Below, piece by piece: positions 51,547-64,000 of a stretch of 64,000 nucleotides of DNA. Origin of the DNA: Octopus vulgaris (Eukaryota); the NCBI GenBank assembly GCA_951406725.2, contig OX597825.1, positions 45,632,001 through 45,696,000 on the forward strand, given 5' to 3'. Under the pieces are notes generated by a model. That model searched no databases. It had not been told where the DNA came from and was given only the letters and a program-made list of their open reading frames with translations. A program made the translations under genes and the position numbers. Every line of letters begins with the position of its first letter. Positions within the stretch are counted from its first letter, which is position 1.

Positions 51547-51724
51547 TATCTGTAAATGTAATATGTGACAATTATTTGGTAGCCATGATAAAACTCCGAG
51601 TTTCGAACGCCAGGGTGGAAATCCACACCGCCATCGATGGCCGCGTGGATTGCCACCCTGGCATCTGAAACTTGGAGTTTTATCATGGCTACCGAATAAT
51701 TGCCACATATTACATTTACAGATA
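51547..51724. repeat. Foldback inverted repeat, ~89-bp diverged arms, essentially no spacer
   Basis: tatctgtaaatgtaatatgtg...ccgccatc pairs with gatggccg...cacatattacatttacagata. Confidence 0.85.
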
Positions 51725-51745
51725 TGTGAATATATATGAATATTA

Positions 51746-52445
51746 GGAGAGAAATCTGTTTGCATGGATGATGGTTCACTTGGACTAAATGAGGTTGCAA
51801 AGAGAGAGATTTGGAGATGCCACTATGAAACATTGCTGAATAAAGAAAATTAATGGGAGAAAGGGAGTCTGCCGAATGTCAACCCAACAAAGTGACCAGC
51901 TATCTGAGTTGACAGTACCTATTTCTTTATTACCCACAAGGGGCTGAACATAGAGGGGACAAACATGGACAGACATAGGTATTAAGTCGATTATATCGAC
52001 CCCAGTGCTTAACTGGTACTTAATTTATCGACCCTGAAAGGATGAAAGGCAAAGTCGACCTCGGCGGAATTTGAACTCACAACGTAACGGCAGACGAAAT
52101 ACCGCTAAGCATTTCGCCCGACGTGCTAACGATTCTGCTAGCTCGCTGCCTGAGTTGACAGTACCTTGGTAGATAAAGCAATTAAAAGTATGAAGACAGG
52201 GAAAGCCCCCAGCTCATCAGGAATTACTGCAGAAATGCTCAAAATATCTGGCAGTGTCGGCTGTAGCCTAGTCTCCCGTATAGTTAACCAGGTGATACAC
52301 GAAGGAGTCATACCCAATGACTGGTGTAGCAGCACTATAGTCAACTGCTACAAAGGTAAAGGTGACGCTTTAGATACAAATAATTACAGAGATATCAAGT
52401 TGTTGGATCAGGTAATGAATGTCACGGAGAGGGTCATAGCCCAAC
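51746..52445 (+). mobile_element. RTE-X-like LINE internal fragment, split by a SINE insertion
   Basis: MKTGKAPSSSGITAEMLK and YKGKGDALDTNNYRDIKLL. Paralogous to 55792-56640. Confidence 0.8.
51921..52150 (-). mobile_element. Young tRNA-derived SINE (Meta-domain-like core) with a 16-bp TSD
   Basis: TSD tgagttgacagtacct at 51905-51920 and 52151-52166. B box gagttcaaattcc. Core gcctttcatcctttcagggtcgataaattaagtaccag. Confidence 0.9.
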
Positions 52446-52589
52446 TTGAGCAAAACACTTTATTTCACATTGCTCCAGTTCACTCAGATGTTTGAAGTGA
52501 TTTGCAACATTACAGGGGTCGAGCTGTATCAGCCTTTGCCTTTCCCTTGCATAACATAGGTGGCGTGGAGGTAACGAGGGTCAGCTTAG

Positions 52590-53488
52590 ATGATCCCAAA
52601 TCCTAAAGGATCTAACCAAATACATGAAAAAAATGGCAATTGAACTTGATGTAGACAACAAGACCATTAGAAATGCAGCAAAATATGATTTGAGGTTAAA
52701 ATCTTACACAAGAACACCGAAACACTTGTTGAAGACAGCTATGAAGGAAAAGAGATTGGAAAGGTGCAAGAAAATTATTACATGGTTCAGAAAAAGTCCT
52801 CCATTGTAACAATCTTTTCAGGTGAAAAGCTCCTTCACTGTTGATGCTGTTCTGAACCGCAGAAATGACAGATTTATCGCAAAATTGACAGGTGAGGTTA
52901 AGGGGACATTCAAAACAAAACATCCTGCTCAAGTTATGGCTTTTGGTGTTGTGGCTTCCAATAGAAAGAAAATGCCTATAAATTTCTACAAAGCTGATGT
53001 AAAGATCAATGTTAATACTTACTACAAGACTTTGAGAAACCAGGTATTACCATGGCTTAAAGCAAACTGCCCAGATGGTAATTATGTATGGACACAGGAT
53101 GGTGCTCCAGCCCACACAGCTAGAAAAATACAAGATTTCTGCAAATCCAACTTTAGCAATTATTTTGAATGATGTTTATGGCTGCCTTCTAGCCCAGATC
53201 TAAACCCTCTGGATTATGCTATTTGGGGCGTTTTAGAACATCACACAGCAATGTCGACTCTTAAAGAATGGGAGAAATTGTTTCCCGAATATTTGAGGAA
53301 CACTTATGCAAGTTTCAGGAAGCGTGTGAATGCAGTTATTGAGAAAGAAGGGGGACACATAGAATAAAAACATTTTCTATTATGTAAATTTTCTTGTGGC
53401 AAATAAATTCTCATGACTTTCAATAAACTAATACACTGTCTTTCAATCCCTGCTTCAAAATATAGTAAATTTTGCTTCCCCACCCTGT
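52590..53488 (+). mobile_element. Tc1/mariner transposase (DD37D/maT-like), 5'-truncated, with right TIR
   Basis: KHPAQVMAFGVVAS, WTQDGAPAHTA and SPDLNPLDYAIWG. Ends ccccaccctg followed by TA. Confidence 0.8.
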
Positions 53489-53855
53489 ATATATGTGTAT
53501 ATATCTGTGTGTATGTCTGTATATACATGTATATGTGTGCATATACATGTATATATGTATCTATATACATGTATATATATGTGTGTATATGTATATATGT
53601 GTATATATATGTATATGTGTGTATATACATGTCTATATATGTGTATATATGTGTGTATATACATGTATATATGTGTGTATATACATGTATGTATATGCAT
53701 GGATACAAATGTCTATATATATATGTGTATTTGTATATGTGTGTGTATATATATATATGGATATGTATATATACATATATATGTAGCATAATGGATGTCC
53801 ACTGAGTGGTCATCACTCTTATATGTATGTAATATATATATCTATATATATGTGT
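53489..53855. repeat. (TA/TG)n compound microsatellite
   Basis: Seen directly. Confidence 0.9.
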
Positions 53856-53857
53856 AA

Positions 53858-54500
53858 CTTTGCGAACCTGTTTGTTGGTTACATCGAGGCCCAAATATTT
53901 TCAGGTTTCACTGGTCCCGCTCCCGAACTATATGGCTGTTATATTGACGACTGTATTGGTGCGACCTGACTCTCTCCTGAACAACTAGACTCCTTCCTCT
54001 CTTTTGTGAAATATTTCCATCCTGCCCTCCAATTCTACTGCACTATCTCTGACACCTCTGTCTCCTTTCTTGACATTTCGGTCAGCATTCATCACTGTAC
54101 TCTCACCACCTCCATCTACTACAAACACACTCACACTCATTCCTCAACTTCTCTTCCTCCCACCCTAATCACACCAAGCTTTCCATCCCCTATTCCCAAT
54201 TCCTCCATCTACGCAGGCGCTGTAGTGATGACTATGACTTTGAGAGTCAGTCTCCACTCATAGCTCGCCACTTCATATCCTACATGGATATTCCCTCACC
54301 TCCATCGACACCGCTCTTGCCAGGATACGTTCCGTGCATCTGCTCTCACCCCTTGAACACACCCTGCCATCTCCTGCCTCCCTCACCTACCACCCCACCA
54401 CCCTACCTCCAATGCACCATTCTCCCAGCCTCCTGGCGACTCCAGTCCGACCCCCTCCACTTCGCACATCTTCCCTAACTGACCCCTCCCAACTTGGCTT
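53858..54500 (+). mobile_element. Penelope RT fragment
   Basis: FANLFVGYIE, YIDDCIG, VSFLDISV, TSIYYK and IPYSQFLHLRRRCS (PLE RT palm and thumb). Confidence 0.8.
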
Positions 54501-54543
54501 GAAAATATATATATATATATATATGTATGTATATATATATGTA

Positions 54544-54757
54544 GTTAATCCAAACATGAAAACACAAAGAGAAAACACAACAACGCGAGGGCGTGGAACA
54601 AATATAGTATTATTGGACACTCAGGAAGGAAGGGAAGAAGGAGGGTTTTATGTATTGAGTGGAGCTCTTCGTCAGAAACATAGGAAAAGGAAAGATCCAG
54701 AGAAGGGAAGACGGAGGAAAAAAATCGCCAACGGTACACACGCGGTCACATTTTGAA
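54544..54757 (-). mobile_element. Penelope pLTR-like segment with a decayed hammerhead
   Basis: Minus strand reads gttt-CTGACGA-agagctccactc-aata-cataaaac, with GAAA apparently mutated. The flanks are T/C-rich. Confidence 0.5.
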
Positions 54758-54865
54758 TGTATATATATATATGTATATATATCATCATCATCATCATCGT
54801 TAAACGTCCGTTTTCTGCGCTAGCACGGGTTATATATATATGTGTATATATATATATATATGTAT

Positions 54866-54906
54866 ACTAGCATTATGACCAGGCGGTGCCGGGTCATAGT
54901 GCTAGT
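54866..54906 (-). mobile_element. Helitron-like 3' terminus
   Basis: The minus strand ends in a hairpin (ctagcactatgacccggcaccgcctggtcataatgCTAG) followed by T, within (TA)n. Confidence 0.5.
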
Positions 54907-55304
54907 GCATGTATATATGTGTACATATTACATGTACATCTATATATATACATCTACACATAAAATACAAAATACAAAGTTATATCTTGATATCGCTAGT
55001 GATAACAATACTCAAAATATATAACAGACTGGAATTGAAGGCCCATCTCTTACAATTTCGATCAATTGTATCTTGTCCTCCCTCTTGTATAGAAGTGTGG
55101 CTACAATCCAGCCTACATCTACTTCTGGGGGGACATTTTAAATTTTTATCCGGGACGTCATACGTCCAGATATAGAGGTAAAAATAAAATATTTCCACTT
55201 TGCAAGGTTCGAGTCGAGTACTCCCTTGCATGCTCCGTTGACTCGAACCTTGCTTTTATTGTGGCGAATTTACTGCCTCTGGTTAGATACTTGATATTTA
55301 GTCT

Positions 55305-58300
55305 ACCTTTTACTTTGAGCAAGAGATCCTTTGTCACCAGTAGAGGTAAGAACTCCCTATTCTTATTCTAACAGCTACACTTTCAGCGCACCCTCCCCCA
55401 CTGCTGACTTGGTCACCTAGGTAATGGAAGCTATCAACTACTTCTAGTTTTTCTCCCTGGAATGTGGTGGAAGTTGTTCTCTGCACATTTTCAGTGTTAT
55501 TTATAGCATCTGAGCATTTGCCACATATAAAAGCTATCCTCTCAGTTAGCCTTCCTTTGTTATTGCTGCACCTCTTATGTGTCCATAGCTTACACTGGGT
55601 ACATCTTATAGAGTTTCTACCTACACCTTTTCTACAGATCGAGCAGGGCCATCTATCTGAAGGGATTTGTGGTTTGCCTGCCTTCCTACTTATTAGGACT
55701 TTGGTTTTAGCTAGGTTGATTCTAAGTCCATTCGATTCTAGTCCTTGTTTCCGCACCTGAAACTTCTCTAGTTCTGATAGTGACTCAGCAATTAGAGCAA
55801 GGTCGTTAACATAGAGGAGCTCCCAGGGGCATCCTGTCTTATTGCCTGGAGGACTATGATAAATAGGAGGGGCTGAGGACAACTGTGGTGGACCCCAACC
55901 TCTACCCGGAATTCTTCACTGTACTCGTTGCCAACCCTCACCTTACTGACAGCGTCCCTGTAAATGGCTTGCACAGCTCTCACTAACCATTCATCTATCC
56001 CTAGTTTCCTCATTGACCACCAGATAAGGGATTGGAGGACTCTGTGAAAGGCTTTCCCCATGTCAATGAAAGCCAGGTACAGGGCCTTATCTTTGGCTAG
56101 GTATTTCTCCTGCAGCTGTCTAACCAGAAATATAGCATCAGTGGTGCTTTTCCCTGGCACGAAACCAAACTGCATCTCATCCAAACTGACTCTCTCCTTA
56201 ATTACTTGGGCTATGACCCTCTCCGTGATCTTCATTACCTGATCCAAGAGCTTGATACCTCTGTAATTATTTGTATCTAAAGCGTCTCCTTTACCTTTGT
56301 AGCAGTTGACTATTATGCTGCTACACCAGCCATTGGATATGACTCCTTTATGTATCACCTGGTTAACTATACGGGTGAACAGGCTATAGCCGACACTGCC
56401 AGATATTTTGAGCATCTCTGCAGTAATTCCTGATGGGCTGGGGGCTTTCCCTGTCATCATACTTTTAATTGCTTTATCTACCAAGGTACTGTCAACACGG
56501 ATAGCTGGTCGACATTATGCAGACTCTCTCCCATTCATTTTCTTTATTCAGCAATGTTTCATAGTGGTGTCTCCAAACCTCTCTCTTTGCAGCCCCATTT
56601 AGTGCAAGAGAACCATCATCCATGTGGACACATTTCTCTCCTACATCACAATTCTCTCTCACACACTGTCTTGCAACATGAAATACCTCAAGTCTTTGGT
56701 CCTCACGGCGCAGAACATTGGCAAATTTTTTCTTATCTGCTTCCCCTCTAGCTAAATAAACCTGTCTCCTAGTTTCTCTTCTGGCAGTCTGATATGATTC
56801 CCTGCTACCACTGTTCTTCCAGTCCTTCCAAGCCTGTCTGTTTGCACCATCCACATATCTGGCCAGTGGCTCTCAGCAGGTTGTCCCTTAGAAACCGTCA
56901 GTTGTCTTCTACACCATGTGAAGCTATATCCCCTTCTATTTCGTCAAAGGCTTCGAGTAATATGTCACTAAATCTCTGTCCATTTGCAGGATCCAGACCC
57001 TTCTTCTCCATGTTGGTCGTCTTCTGGTTGTCCACTTAGTCTTGATCCTAAAGTCACTAACTACCAGTCTATGTTGTGAGGTACATTCTTCGCCTGGGAA
57101 GGTTTTGGCACTTGTAAGCAGCCATCTTTCCCTTTTTCTGGCAAGGATGTAGTCAATTTGGCTAGTATGTCAGCCTGAGCGGTAGGTGATTAGGTGGCTG
57201 GTAGGTTTCCTGGAAGTTAGTATTGCAAACCATAAGATCATTTGCATCGCAGAACTCCAGCAACCTGGTTCCCTCCTCGTTGTGGGAACCATAACTGTAG
57301 CCTCCATGTACTCCATGGAAGCCCACTGTATGTTGTCTAACATGTCCATTGAAGTCACCAGCCACAAAGAGAAGGTGCTTGTCATTTGTCAACGAGTTAG
57401 TCTGCAGTAGGGTGTCATAGAATCGGTCTTTCTGTCCATCGGTTAGCCCCAGCCGAGGGGCATAGGCTGATATAGTGGTTGTTAACCTATGGTGATGCAC
57501 TAATCTAATCTTAAGTATTCTGTTGCATACTCTGACTACCTCAATTACCTTATTTACTCATTTTTCAGCATGAAGTATACCCATGCCTCTGACCCCATCA
57601 GTGTTCCCAGCCCAGAAAATCTTGTACCTGTGTTCTTTGCATGTGAGGAACCTAGCAGAACCTCCTCTCCACTTTACTTCTTGGATGCAGCACATATTGA
57701 CACATCTCCGTTCAAGCATCTCAACAATCTCACCAGACCTACCTTTCAGTGTGCTAACGTTGAGAGTGCCAACCCTGAGGGTGTGGGAGGTATGGGCCCG
57801 TGAGAACCTGGGACGGCGGACAGTAGCTTCATGTGCCTGAAAAGAAAACTTGCATTTGGCAGAATTCATGAGCAAGCAATACAGTAGCCTTCAGTTCAAC
57901 CTGCATATCACTACCCATTCATATTTTGCACTATATGATCATTACCTTACATAGGAGATAGCCCTAGACTAGGGGTGGGGATGGCGAATGCTTTTAGCAG
58001 TGTTCATATGAGGTAACCCAGGGATGACAAAGGATAGGAACTTCTGGTACAGGTGTAGGGAATGGGAGGGGCGAGCGCACCTCGAACTAGGAAGAGGGCC
58101 TGCTAATTTAACGAGAGAGCAAATGTTGATAATAGTAAAAATAGACTTGAAAAATCTGAGAGTTCTCCATCAGACAATCTAAGACAAAATTTAGAGAATA
58201 AATAAGTGGCTGTGTGATAAGACTTTAATAGCTGAATGAATCAAGGAATATAAGGTTATCTTAAGGGAACAACAATGAAGATGAGACTATTGAAAACTAT

Positions 58301-58570
58301 ATTTACATGATGGCATGTTACTGAACTAAACAGAATAATGAAAAGAATAGCTGAAAGGATAATGATCTGCACAGAAATAGTGAGTAGATGAAACGAGGAT
58401 GAAAGAAGAAAATTCTTATCTGTACATCAGCGATCCATTATTCTTCGGCAGGGGATTAAAAGCAAGTGGGAGTCCGTGTGCGTGCGCTAGTTTATATAGG
58501 GCGATGGTGGTGGAGGAAGTCTTGGCGAAGCGAGTGGTAATCGAAAGAGGGAGACATTGTGGAACATAGA
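55305..58570 (-). mobile_element. RTE-X-like LINE with 5' region, APE and RT, 3'-truncated
   Basis: APE motifs LRVGTLNVSTL, CCIQEVKW, ISAYAP and VAGDFNGHV. RT motifs QFGFVPGKSTTDAIF, AFIDMGKAF and LLYVNDL. PHD-like CSICRKGVGRNSIRCTQCKLWTHKRC. The 5' boundary is approximate. Confidence 0.88.
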
Positions 58571-58661
58571 GAGAGAGAGACAGAGTAAAATAGAGAGGGG
58601 GGAAAGTGGTCAAGAACACGATATATATATGTATATATATATATATGTGTGTGTGTATGTT

Positions 58662-58706
<45 letters not shown>

Positions 58707-58724
58707 ATGTATATATATATAAAA

Positions 58725-58975
58725 GGGTAAAGACCCCCTTCGGTCAGGCACTGACCATGGGTTTGCACCTAGAGAGATACCTTCTGAGGCACAAGTCTGG
58801 GCAAGGTTGTTTTTTTATGGAAGACCAGCAGTCGCCCATGCATACCGGCCTCCCTCTCCACGTCACCGATGTTGTCCAAGGGAAAGGCAAGGGCCGATAC
58901 AGTTTGGCACCTGTGACGTCGCAACTCATTTCTACAGCTGAGTGAACTGGAGCAACGTGAAATAAAGTGCCTTGC
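58725..58975 (-). mobile_element. SINE, 5'-truncated copy of the 321-655 family
   Basis: Reverse complement of cactttatttcacgttgct...tgaccgaagggggtct. Confidence 0.85.
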
Positions 58976-59244
58976 ATGTGTATGTATATATATATATATG
59001 TATGTATATATATATGTATATATATATATGTATATGTATATATATATATGTATATATATATGTATATATATATATATGTATATGTATATATATATGTATA
59101 TATATATGTATATGTATATATATATGTATATATATGTATATGTATATATATGTATATATATATATGTATATATATATGTATATATATATATATGTGTATG
59201 TATATATATGTGTATATATATGTATATGTATATATATATATGTG

Positions 59245-59275
<31 letters not shown>

Positions 59276-59300
59276 GTATGTATATATATATATATATGTA

Positions 59301-59360
<60 letters not shown>

Positions 59361-59409
59361 GTATATATATATGTATATATATATATATGTATATATATAT
59401 ATGTATATA

Positions 59410-59486
<77 letters not shown>
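58976..59486. repeat. (TA)n/(TATG)n microsatellite
   Basis: Seen directly. Confidence 0.95.
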
Positions 59487-59490
<4 letters not shown>

Positions 59491-59738
59491 AAACAAGTCA
59501 AAAATAGAAAATGCTAAAATAATTTTATAGTGAACATTTCAGTACCGGTTTCGGTCATTTTGAGACCTTTTCAACTGTAACGATTAAATAATTAAATTTA
59601 GAAAAATTAGAAGAAAAGTTTTTTTAAATTTAATTATTTAATCGTTACAGTTGAAAAGGTCTCAAAATGACCGAAACCGGTACTGAAATGTTCACTATAA
59701 AATTATTTTAGCATTTTCTATTTTTGACTTGTTTTTTC
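59487..59738. mobile_element. Palindromic Penelope-pLTR-like insertion with mirrored hammerheads
   Basis: Arms of ~113 bp are exact reverse complements around a ~25-nt spacer, flanked by (TA)n. Confidence 0.75.
59648..59685 (+). ncRNA. Minimal type I hammerhead ribozyme, U3-A8 variant (mirror copy at 59540-59577 on -)
   Basis: cag-TTGAAAA-ggtc(tcaaaat)gacc-GAAA-ccgg-TA-ctg. Confidence 0.7.
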
Positions 59739-59767
59739 ATATATATCAACTCGTGTGTTCCTTTTCA

Positions 59768-59800
<33 letters not shown>

Positions 59801-59883
59801 GTATATATATATATGTATATATATGTATATATATACATATGTATATATATGTATATATATACATATGTATATATATACACATG

Positions 59884-59923
<40 letters not shown>

Positions 59924-59944
59924 AATCCTTAATCCTTAAAAATA

Positions 59945-61855
59945 TTTCAGCCCAAAGGCTGTGGCCATGCTGGGGCACCACCGTTGAATGAGCTATGTGA
60001 AACCACCTCTGATACGTGGCACTTAATCAAGAAGGGAGTTCGATGCCGCTGCCTGCATCTGTGTTTCCTGCTGAGAGGTAGGTTCATCTGGGACCCCTGA
60101 CAAAAAGAGATCCAGTTTAGTTTTAAAGAAACCCACATCCACACCATGCAGGTCTCTCAGGCATTTAGGGAGGATGTTAAAGAACTGTGGTCCTCTGATA
60201 TCCAAGCTGTTGCAGTATCAGGTCCTGTATTTTGATGGTGATGTTGGAATCTTTGGCACCATGCAGTGGCGCCCCGTTCTACGGTTGGGGTAACTTTGAA
60301 TGCCAAAGTTTGGGACAAGACCCTCCAGGATTTTCCAGATGTATATCACTGCACATCTCTCCCGCCTTCGCTCCAGGGAGAAGAGTTTTAATACTTTCAG
60401 TCTTTCCCAGTAGCTGATATGTTGCATTGAGACGATTTTCTTGGTGTAGCTTCATTGAATTGCTTCGAGTTCTGCTGTTAGCTTTATATTGCGTGGTGAC
60501 CATAGTTGGGAGCAGTAGTCCAAGTGGCTGAGGATGAATGTCTTCCAAAGGACCATCAGCGTCTCCTTCTCTCTTGTTCTGAAAGTTCGGAGAATCCATC
60601 CAGCTAGCCGTCTGCATTTTATCACCAAATTAGTAATATGCACTTGGAAAGATGCATCATTGCTTATGTCAATGCCCAGGTCATGCACTGATTTTGACTC
60701 AGGAATTACAATTCTTCCTGGGCCAGTGTATCCGGTCTGCATGTCGTTTACCTTTGTGTGCCGGTAGCGCAGAGCCCGGAACTTCCCTGCATTAAACTGC
60801 ATGTTGTTGTCCTCAGCCCACATGTATATTGTATCCAACTCCCATTGCAGATGTGCAATATTTCCAGGGTTTTGTATTGTGTGGGAAACTTTTGTGTCAT
60901 CCGCATAGCTAGCAAGGGTGGCGATCTTAGCAACTGAAAGGGCCACTATGAACAGCAGTGGCCCCAAGACAGTGCTCTGTGGAACACTGCTTGTTATTTG
61001 TGTTTCCTTGGAAGTGGTTCCATTGGCCACAACTACCTGCCTTCTATCTTTTAGGAAGTTGTGCAACCACTCTCCAAGTTTTCCGCCTATGCTGAGACCA
61101 TGCAGTTTGTGACAGATCATACCATGGTCGACTTTATCAAAGGCTTTTGCAAAGTCGAGATATATCACATTTACATTTGAGCCATTTAGTAGCTGTTTAA
61201 CACCCAGTCATAGTGTTGCAGGAGCTGCGTTGGGCAGCTTCTACCTGGTCGAAATCCATGCTGGGTTTCAGTCAGCAAGTCATTTTCTTCAAAGAACATG
61301 ATTAGTTTCTTGTAAACTATTCGTTCCATGACTTTGCTGATGTGTGAGGTCAGAGAGATAGGCCTATAATTTTTAGCATCTGCTCTGCTTCCTCCCTTAT
61401 GGATAGGGCATATTACCCCATCTTTCCATTTGACTGGGTGCTTACCACTTGCAAGAAAGCTCTGAAAAAGAAGCTGTAGCGGTTTTGCAAGGACTTATTT
61501 GCACGATTTGAGAAGGATCGCTGGAAATCCATCAAGCCCAGCAGCTGAGTTTGTGTCAATCTCATCTATGGCCAGTGTGATATCATCATCTTCAATGTTG
61601 ATGTACTTAATTTTTGCCTCTTTGGCAAAGAATTCTTCTGGTTTGTTTACTTGCCTGTGTCCTAGAGGTGTAGTGAATGCACAATGGACCTGTTCGTTCA
61701 GTATTTCACTTATCCTTGTGGGATTTCCTGTGAGTGAGCCATCTTTTTGGAAGAGAGGTCCTATTCTCTGGCGCACTGTGGCTGTCTCTTTGGCAAACTT
61801 AAAGAAAGCTTTAGGGTGTGACTTGATATTTTCTATTACCCAAGCTTCTTTATCT
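59945..61855 (-). mobile_element. CR1-group LINE, 5'-truncated, frameshifted
   Basis: SAAGLDGFPAILLK, IYLDFAKAFDKVDH, VPQSTVLGPLLF, SYADDTK, LDYCSQLWSP and SLERRRER. Confidence 0.88.
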
Positions 61856-61974
61856 GTATATATATATATAATATGTATATATATCTATATATATATACAT
61901 ATATATATACACATATATATATACATATATATATATACATATACTCATATATATACATATACATATATATATGT

Positions 61975-62820
61975 ACTAGCAGAATTGCCCGGCGTTGCTC
62001 GGGGCTGAATTGCTTGAAAGTACTGTTAATGATTGCACTGAATTATGATGATTATTCAGGCAAATATTGATATAAGCTTACGGTGGGAGATAAGGACTTA
62101 ACGATCAAACGTGTGCCATTGCATTGTTTTGGGGGAACCAAATTTCTGATGAACATTATAGGGGCACCAACTTTAAGTTTGAGAAAGTGTGGTGGTAGTC
62201 CAGGGTGCTCAAAGGAATTGAGTACCTCTATTGGATAATTGATGACGTCCTCTGGGTCAGGAGTTGTATCGATAGACTGATATACATAGACTTCCCCAGG
62301 AATGAGTTTCAGCATTTCATCATTAATATGGTGAACAGTTTTATTCCTCGGGGCCAGTATAGCCTTTTTGCCAATCCAATCCATATTCTGATAATTAGCT
62401 TGTAGATCTGGGAACACTGCATCTCTGAGATCAGAAGGCGTCTTAACAATGGTACAAATGGAATCGATGGCAATATTACCATTTTCATCCCCTGGTATTT
62501 TGCCTTCGCCAAGTGCAAGGAGGGTGTGAGGAAATGCTGCTGATGTGATATTACGTCGCATATGAGCACGCATATTGGTGTGAAGTTTGAGAGTTACTTC
62601 CGTTTATTTTAAAAAATATGCATTAAAATGGAAAAAAATGATGGTAAATTATTTGTAAAATCATAGACTCATTGTAGATGCGCGCTAATACCCAGAAGGG
62701 CTCGATATGAATCACGACTATAAGATACCCGGTTTTGGTTAAACTGCATCGCAAAATGTGGGAGTAGTTAGGAATCTAAATCGGAGTAGACAGACACACA
62801 ACCTTCTTTTATATATAAAT
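61975..62820 (-). mobile_element. Non-autonomous Helitron retaining a Pif1-helicase fragment
   Basis: The 3' end has a hairpin and CTAG (cccgagcaacgccgggcaattctgCTAG followed by T). ORF 62052-62573 has AILAPRN, GLPPHFLKLKVGAPIMFIRNL and CNGTRL. The 5' end is tttatatataaaag. Confidence 0.88.
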
Positions 62821-63308
62821 ATTTTCGTCCTAAAAAACTTTGTATGGATTGAATGGTTACCTCTATGGAAATATATACACGCACATTATACATACATGTG
62901 TGTACAGATGAACATATAAATACATTTAAATATCTATATACACTTTTGGGCGATCTTTCTGTTTCTTAGAGATAACTTTAGATCTTATTTTCGTGCTAAA
63001 AAACTTTGTATGGAGTGAATGGTTACCTCTATGGAAATATATACACACACGTTATACATACATGTGTGCATAGATGAATATATAAATACATTTATATATC
63101 TATATACACTTTTGGGCGATCTCTGTGCTACTTAGAGATAACTTTAGATCTTATTTTCGTCCTAAAAAACTTTGTGCGGAGTGAATGGTTATGTGTATGG
63201 AAATATATACACACACATTATACATACATCTGTGTATAGATGAATATATAAATACATTTAAATATCTATATACACTTTTGGGCGATCTTTCTGCTACTTG
63301 GATATAGG
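62821..63308 (+). repeat. 166-bp tandem repeat (~3 copies, resuming after the MITE)
   Basis: attttcgt(c/g)ctaaaaaactttgt occurs at 62821, 62987 and 63153, and resumes at ~63774. Confidence 0.9.
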
Positions 63309-63398
63309 GGCGATGTTTCGCTTGTCGTAGCACACGTTTCCGTCGATTTCCGTAAAAAATGTAAACACTGAATCGGCCATACATACATACATACACAC

Positions 63399-63433
<35 letters not shown>

Positions 63434-63761
63434 TACATGCATACATACATATACACATAAACCGAGTAAAAAATTTCAGTTATCTCTCTCTTTCACACAT
63501 TACTCTCTCTGTCTCTTCACACACACTAACAGAAGCACTTCACTTACACAACATACTGTCTGTCTCCCACACTCCATCAAACACACACACACACACACAC
63601 ATGTACATCAATGCGTCCCATGCACGGTAACTTCAAAAGAACTTCCCTCGTCATACAATCGCTTTCTCTTAGTCTCTTTCGCTCTCATTACTTATGTAAA
63701 AAAATAAAAGTTTTTTACGGAAATCGATGGAAACCTGTGCTACGACAAGCGAAACATCGCC
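63309..63761. mobile_element. Merlin-like MITE (~51-bp TIRs, 8-bp TSD)
   Basis: TIR ggcgatgtttcgcttgtcgtagcac...ccgtaaaaaa and its inverse. TSD gatatagg at 63301-63308 and 63762-63769. Confidence 0.75.
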
Positions 63762-64000
63762 GATATAGGTCTTATATTCGTCCTAAAATACTTTCCTGTC
63801 ACACACTCACGCACACACACACACACACACGCGCACACACACACACGCACACACACACTCACACACACGCACGTTAGCTTACAATTTTATTTATATATTT
63901 GCGTGTCTATGTGTGTAAAGAGGAAGTGGCAGACTGAAAGAGTCACTCACTACAAAAGGTGAATTACTTTCATTTTATTCTCGCATTCTATTGTCTACCT

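Overview
Eukaryotic, AT-rich, repeat-dense animal DNA. The SINE, RTE, Penelope and microsatellite content points to a cephalopod (Octopus-like); this is inference. One intact host gene is present: a Y-box/cold-shock-domain gene (YBX1-like, + strand, 6 coding exons, 36318-41198, 323 aa) with a probable GC-AG intron and a probable 3'UTR intron. The rest is mostly mobile DNA: RTE-BovB-like and RTE-X-like LINEs, Hero (RLE) LINEs, Tx1, CR1-group LINEs, a Gypsy 3' end with LTR, Penelope fragments carrying hammerhead ribozyme cores, mariner/Tc1, hAT, a Merlin-like MITE, Helitrons and tRNA-derived SINEs. The most unusual structure is about 15.5 kb (700-16194) of satellite with symmetry at several nested scales. 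It has a self-complementary ~215-bp monomer, interspersed 16-bp purine-rich arrays, local hairpins, an ~8-kb imperfect palindrome centred near 6.9 kb, and a 2361-bp tandem duplication. All family calls were made by eye from motifs, with no database searches, and TE boundaries are approximate.
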